The notes beneath the pieces were generated by a model. The model was not told where the DNA came from and made no database searches. It worked only from the letters and a program-made list of their open reading frames with translations. Shown piece by piece: positions 60,610 through 64,000 of a DNA stretch of 64,000 nt. Location of the stretch: positions 256,001 through 320,000 of the forward strand of contig CAVPVX010000002.1 of NCBI GenBank assembly GCA_963709345.1, in the 5' to 3' direction. The stretch's first letter is position 1, and every line of letters begins with the position of its first letter. The position numbers and the translations under genes were made by a program. The stretch comes from an uncultured Actinomycetes bacterium. Its GTDB lineage: Bacteria; Actinomycetota; Thermoleophilia; UBA2241.

Positions 60610-62925
60610 TCAGCCGCGCAGCTTGCGGAGCGGCGCGACGCTGGCCATGAGCCGGCGCTCCGAACCGTCGTTCTCGAAGCGGATGACGACAATGCCGCCG
60701 CTCTGCATGGCCAGCACCGTGCCTTCGCCGAGCGTAGCGTGGAGCACGCGGTCCCCGGAGGTGAAGAACTGCTCCACGACCTCCTCGTCGAGCCCCTTCT
60801 TCTCGAGACCGGTGAAGCGGCGACCGGAGCCGAGCGCACCGCCGGACTCGTCGTCGAAGTCGCCCCGGCGGCCCTGACGGCCACCCCAGCCGCCGGCATC
60901 GCGGCCGTAGCCGCCGCCGCCCACGGCGCCGCCACCCCAGCGGTCGCCGCGGCCACCGGCGCCGGAGCGGCCGCCTATGGCCTGCCGCTCGGTGAGATCG
61001 GTGGGGATCTCGTCGAGAAAACGAGACGGCAGGTTGTACTGCGACGCCCCCCACAGGCTTCTCGCGCGCGCGTGCACGAGGTACAGGCGGTCCATCGCGC
61101 GCGTGATCCCGACGTAGGCCAGGCGGCGCTCCTCCTCCACGTTCTGCTCGTCGAGCGAGCGCTGGTGCGGGAAGACGCCCTCCTCCATCCCGGCGATGAA
61201 CACGACCGGGAACTCGAGCCCCTTGGCGTTGTGCAACGTCATGAGCGTGAGCAGCGCGCTGGTGTCGGCGTAGGCGTCGGTGTCGGCATAGAGCGAGATC
61301 TCCTGGAGGAAGCCGTCGAGACTGGGCTCGTCGGCGCGCTTGTCGTACTCGGCGGCGACCCCGACCAGTTCCTCGATGTTCTCGAGGCGGCCCTCCGCCT
61401 CGAGCGTGTTCTGCGTCTTCAGGGCGGCTTCGTAGCCGCTCTCCTCGATGACGCTGTGCACGACGTCGGCGACGGGGCGGCCGGCGAGCCCGGCCTGCAG
61501 GGCTTCGATGATCCGCGCGAACGCCAGCAGGCCGTTCACCGCGCCGGCCGACAGCCCGGGCACGTCGCCGGCGCCTCGCAGGGCGGTCCAGAGACTCTCC
61601 CCCACGCTCGCCGCGTGCGCCTGCAGGCGCTGCAGGCTGGTCGCGCCGATGCCGCGCTTCGGCTGGTTGACGATGCGCAGCAGGCGCTGCGAGTCGTCCG
61701 GGTTCACGAGGATCGTCAGGTACGCGATGACGTCGCGGATCTCGGCGCGCTCGTAGAACTTCGGCCCGCCGATGACCTGGTAGGCGATCGCGTAGCGGCC
61801 GAACTGCTCCTCGAGCACCCGGCTCTGGGCGTTGGTCCGGTAGAGCACGGCCACCTCGTCCGGCCGGTAGGGCCTCTCGGCGCCGACCTCTCCCTCGAGG
61901 AGCTTCTGCACCTCGCTGGCCACGAACTGGGCTTCGGCGCGCTCGTCGTTGACCTCGACCACCTGCACCAGGGCGCCGGCGCCGCGCGGCGTCCACAGGT
62001 TCTTCCCCTTGCGCTTGCGATTGTGGGTGACCACGGCGTTGGCGGCGTCGAGGATCGGCTGCGTGGAGCGGTAGTTCTGCTCAAGGCGGATGATCTCGGC
62101 CTCGGGATAGTCGCGCTCGAACTCGAGGATGTTGCGGATGTCGGCGCCGCGCCAGGAGTAGATGCTCTGGTCGTCGTCGCCGACGACGGCGAGGTTACCG
62201 TGCGCGCCCGCGAGCAGGTTGGCGAGCCGGTACTGGGCGTGGTTCGTGTCCTGGTACTCGTCGACGAGCACGAAGCGGAACGCCTGCTGGTAGTGGTGCA
62301 GCCGGTCGGGGTAGCCCTCCAGGAGCTGCACCGTCTTCATCAGCAGGTCGTCGAAGTCCATCGCGTTCATCTCCGCGTGGCGCTTCTCGTAGAGCTCGTA
62401 CACGTCGGCCGCCACCTGGGCGAAGCGGCCGCCCTTCTCGCGAAACTCGGGCGGACCGAAGAGCTGATTCTTGGCGTCGCTGATCTGGCGGCTGACCGAC
62501 TCCGGCGGGAAGCGCTTGGGGTCGACGTTCAGCTCCACCATGCAGCGCTTGATGAGCCGGCGGCGGTCGTCCTCGTCGTGGATCGTGAACGTGCTCTTGT
62601 AGCCCAGTCGCTGGGACTCGCGACGCAGCAGACGCGCGCACATGCTGTGGAAGGTGCTGACCCACATGGTGCGCGCGACCGGCCCCACGAGGCCTTCGAT
62701 GCGCTCCTTCATCTCGCCGGCCGCCTTGTTGGTGAAGGTGATGGCGACGATCTCGTCCGGGCGCACGCGATGGACCTTGACGAGGTAGGCGACTCGATGC
62801 GTGAGCACGCGCGTCTTGCCGGAGCCGGCGCCGGCGAGGATAAGCAATGGGCCGTCGACGTGCGTCACGGCCCTGCGCTGCTCCTCGTTGAGGCCGGCGA
62901 GCAGTTCCGCGCCCGCGTCCGCCAT
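60610..62925 (-). CDS. pcrA: ATP-dependent DNA helicase PcrA/UvrD
   Basis: Motifs AGAGSGKT, DEYQD, GDDDQSIY, LEQNYRS, AKGLEF and EERRLAYVGITRA. C-terminal Tudor-like domain. Confidence 0.96.
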   Translation of the reverse strand: MADAGAELLAGLNEEQRRAVTHVDGPLLILAGAGSGKTRVLTHRVAYLVKVHRVRPDEIVAITFTNKAAGEMKERIEGLVGPVARTMWVSTFHSMCARLLRRESQRLGYKSTFTIHDEDDRRRLIKRCMVELNVDPKRFPPESVSRQISDAKNQLFGPPEFREKGGRFAQVAADVYELYEKRHAEMNAMDFDDLLMKTVQLLEGYPDRLHHYQQAFRFVLVDEYQDTNHAQYRLANLLAGAHGNLAVVGDDDQSIYSWRGADIRNILEFERDYPEAEIIRLEQNYRSTQPILDAANAVVTHNRKRKGKNLWTPRGAGALVQVVEVNDERAEAQFVASEVQKLLEGEVGAERPYRPDEVAVLYRTNAQSRVLEEQFGRYAIAYQVIGGPKFYERAEIRDVIAYLTILVNPDDSQRLLRIVNQPKRGIGATSLQRLQAHAASVGESLWTALRGAGDVPGLSAGAVNGLLAFARIIEALQAGLAGRPVADVVHSVIEESGYEAALKTQNTLEAEGRLENIEELVGVAAEYDKRADEPSLDGFLQEISLYADTDAYADTSALLTLMTLHNAKGLEFPVVFIAGMEEGVFPHQRSLDEQNVEEERRLAYVGITRAMDRLYLVHARARSLWGASQYNLPSRFLDEIPTDLTERQAIGGRSGAGGRGDRWGGGAVGGGGYGRDAGGWGGRQGRRGDFDDESGGALGSGRRFTGLEKKGLDEEVVEQFFTSGDRVLHATLGEGTVLAMQSGGIVVIRFENDGSERRLMASVAPLRKLRG

Positions 62926-62926
62926 C

Positions 62927-63550
62927 TCAGACCCCCGCCACGTTGAGCAGGAGACTCAGCCCGAAAGCGACGGCGCCGGCGAGCACGAGCTTGACCACGG
63001 AGGCGATGAGGCGCCCGCGCGACACCTTGCCGAGGTACACACCGAGCAGAACGAGCTCGAGAGCCGCGACGCCCCACGCGGCGGCGAACGCGGCGGCGAC
63101 CCCGATCGCCGGCTGCAGAAGGAGGGGTATGCACATGATCAGCCCACCGATCGCAGAGGCGAAGCCGGCGACGGATGCGACGGCAAGGGCCGCGTAGCGC
63201 GCCGCCGAGCCGATGTCGGTGCTTCCGAGCCGCGAGAGGGTGGACTCCTCGAGCTCGCGCAGCTCCCGGGCACGCTCGGCCTGTTCCGAGAGATACGAGC
63301 CGTAGAAGCCCGAGACGCCGAGACTGAGCGACGCCGCGGCGATCACGCCGACGAGCGAGCGGGCATCGGCGACGCCTCCGAAGTACGCCCCTGTGACGAT
63401 ACCGAGGGAGGTCAGTACACCGTCGAACGCGTTCATGGGCAAATACCGCCGCGCGATCTCGCCGACGTCGGCGATCTCGTGATAGCGCCGCAGCGTCGAG
63501 AAACGGCGGCGCGCGCGCGCGGCGATGCCTGTGCCGGCCGGGGGGCTCAT
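62927..63550 (-). CDS. VIT1/CCC1-family membrane protein (archaeal-type)
   Basis: Motifs ARRYLPMNAFDGVLT and GFYGSYLSEQAER, about 5 TMs. Confidence 0.85.
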   Translation of the reverse strand: MSPPAGTGIAARARRRFSTLRRYHEIADVGEIARRYLPMNAFDGVLTSLGIVTGAYFGGVADARSLVGVIAAASLSLGVSGFYGSYLSEQAERARELRELEESTLSRLGSTDIGSAARYAALAVASVAGFASAIGGLIMCIPLLLQPAIGVAAAFAAAWGVAALELVLLGVYLGKVSRGRLIASVVKLVLAGAVAFGLSLLLNVAGV

Positions 63551-63582
63551 TGATCGCTCACACGGCTGTCAGCGACGAGACG

Positions 63583-63891
63583 TCAGCGCAGCCAGCTCGA
63601 GCTGGCGTCCTGGGGAGTCTCGACCTCGTCGATGAGGTGCTTGCCGGTCGAGACCTTGTCGATGGAGTGGATGCTGCCGCCCGACTCCTGTACGACCTCG
63701 GCGACGTCCTGGAAGTCGACGTCGTCGCCTTCCAGCGTGATCTTGATGTTCTCCACCTTGTTGTCGATCTCGATCAGTGTGATGTCGACGCCGTGCACGC
63801 CCTCGAGGTCGCCGAGCTTGTCGGCGAGGACGAGCATGGTGGGCTGATGTGGCTTGAGCACGTCGAGCACGAGACGCCGGACCTCGCTCAT
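63583..63891 (-). CDS. DUF211-family protein
   Basis: Motifs VRRLVLDVLKPHQP, KITLEG and GGSIHSIDKV. Confidence 0.88.
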   Translation of the reverse strand: MSEVRRLVLDVLKPHQPTMLVLADKLGDLEGVHGVDITLIEIDNKVENIKITLEGDDVDFQDVAEVVQESGGSIHSIDKVSTGKHLIDEVETPQDASSSWLR

Positions 63892-63934
63892 GTGGTGATC
63901 ACGCTCCGTTCACGGGTGGACTCAGAGGGCAGCA

Positions 63935-63943
63935 ATCGTAGCA
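63935..63943 (-). promoter_or_regulatory. Extended -10 (TGcTACGAT) for DUF211-VIT1-pcrA
   Basis: TGn-TANNNT about 45 nt upstream of the DUF211 start. Confidence 0.45.
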
Positions 63944-64000
63944 TACCCGCATGCCGCTACCGGCCACCCGCTGGGGTGACGCTCACCGCTCCGGGCCCGG

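Overview
A ~70% GC, gene-dense core chromosome segment from an actinobacterial-type genome. Gene content and order suggest a deep-branching lineage such as Thermoleophilia; this is inferred, not tested. Most genes lie on the minus strand, in these blocks: (i) lepA-GNAT-hemW-hrcA-dnaJ-prmA-mtaB-HIT-yqeY-phoH-ybeY-dgkA/PAP2-cdd-era-deoC-hisI-GT39; (ii) leuS-comEA-comEC-holA/rpsT, interrupted by inserted genes; (iii) secD-secF; (iv) the dcw cluster mraZ-rsmH-ftsL-ftsI-murE-murF-mraY-murD-ftsW-murG-murC-ftsQ-ftsZ, with a frameshift in ftsW; (v) pyrF, otsB, crotonase, pcrA and an archaeal-type DUF211/VIT1 pair. One tRNA-Ala(GGC) is present. I saw no CRISPR array, integrase or transposase. The most interesting unannotated signal is a ~188-nt rod-like, G-U-rich, 6S-like RNA (37901-38088, minus strand) beside two STAS anti-anti-sigma genes and a double zinc-finger protein. 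Other notable items are three genes that appear to start at ATC (one overlapping the tRNA CCA end), a type III restriction-enzyme remnant, a PLDc_N-ABC ATPase fusion and an FtsR-like operator upstream of ftsZ. Family assignments come from motif recognition by eye; no database searches were run.
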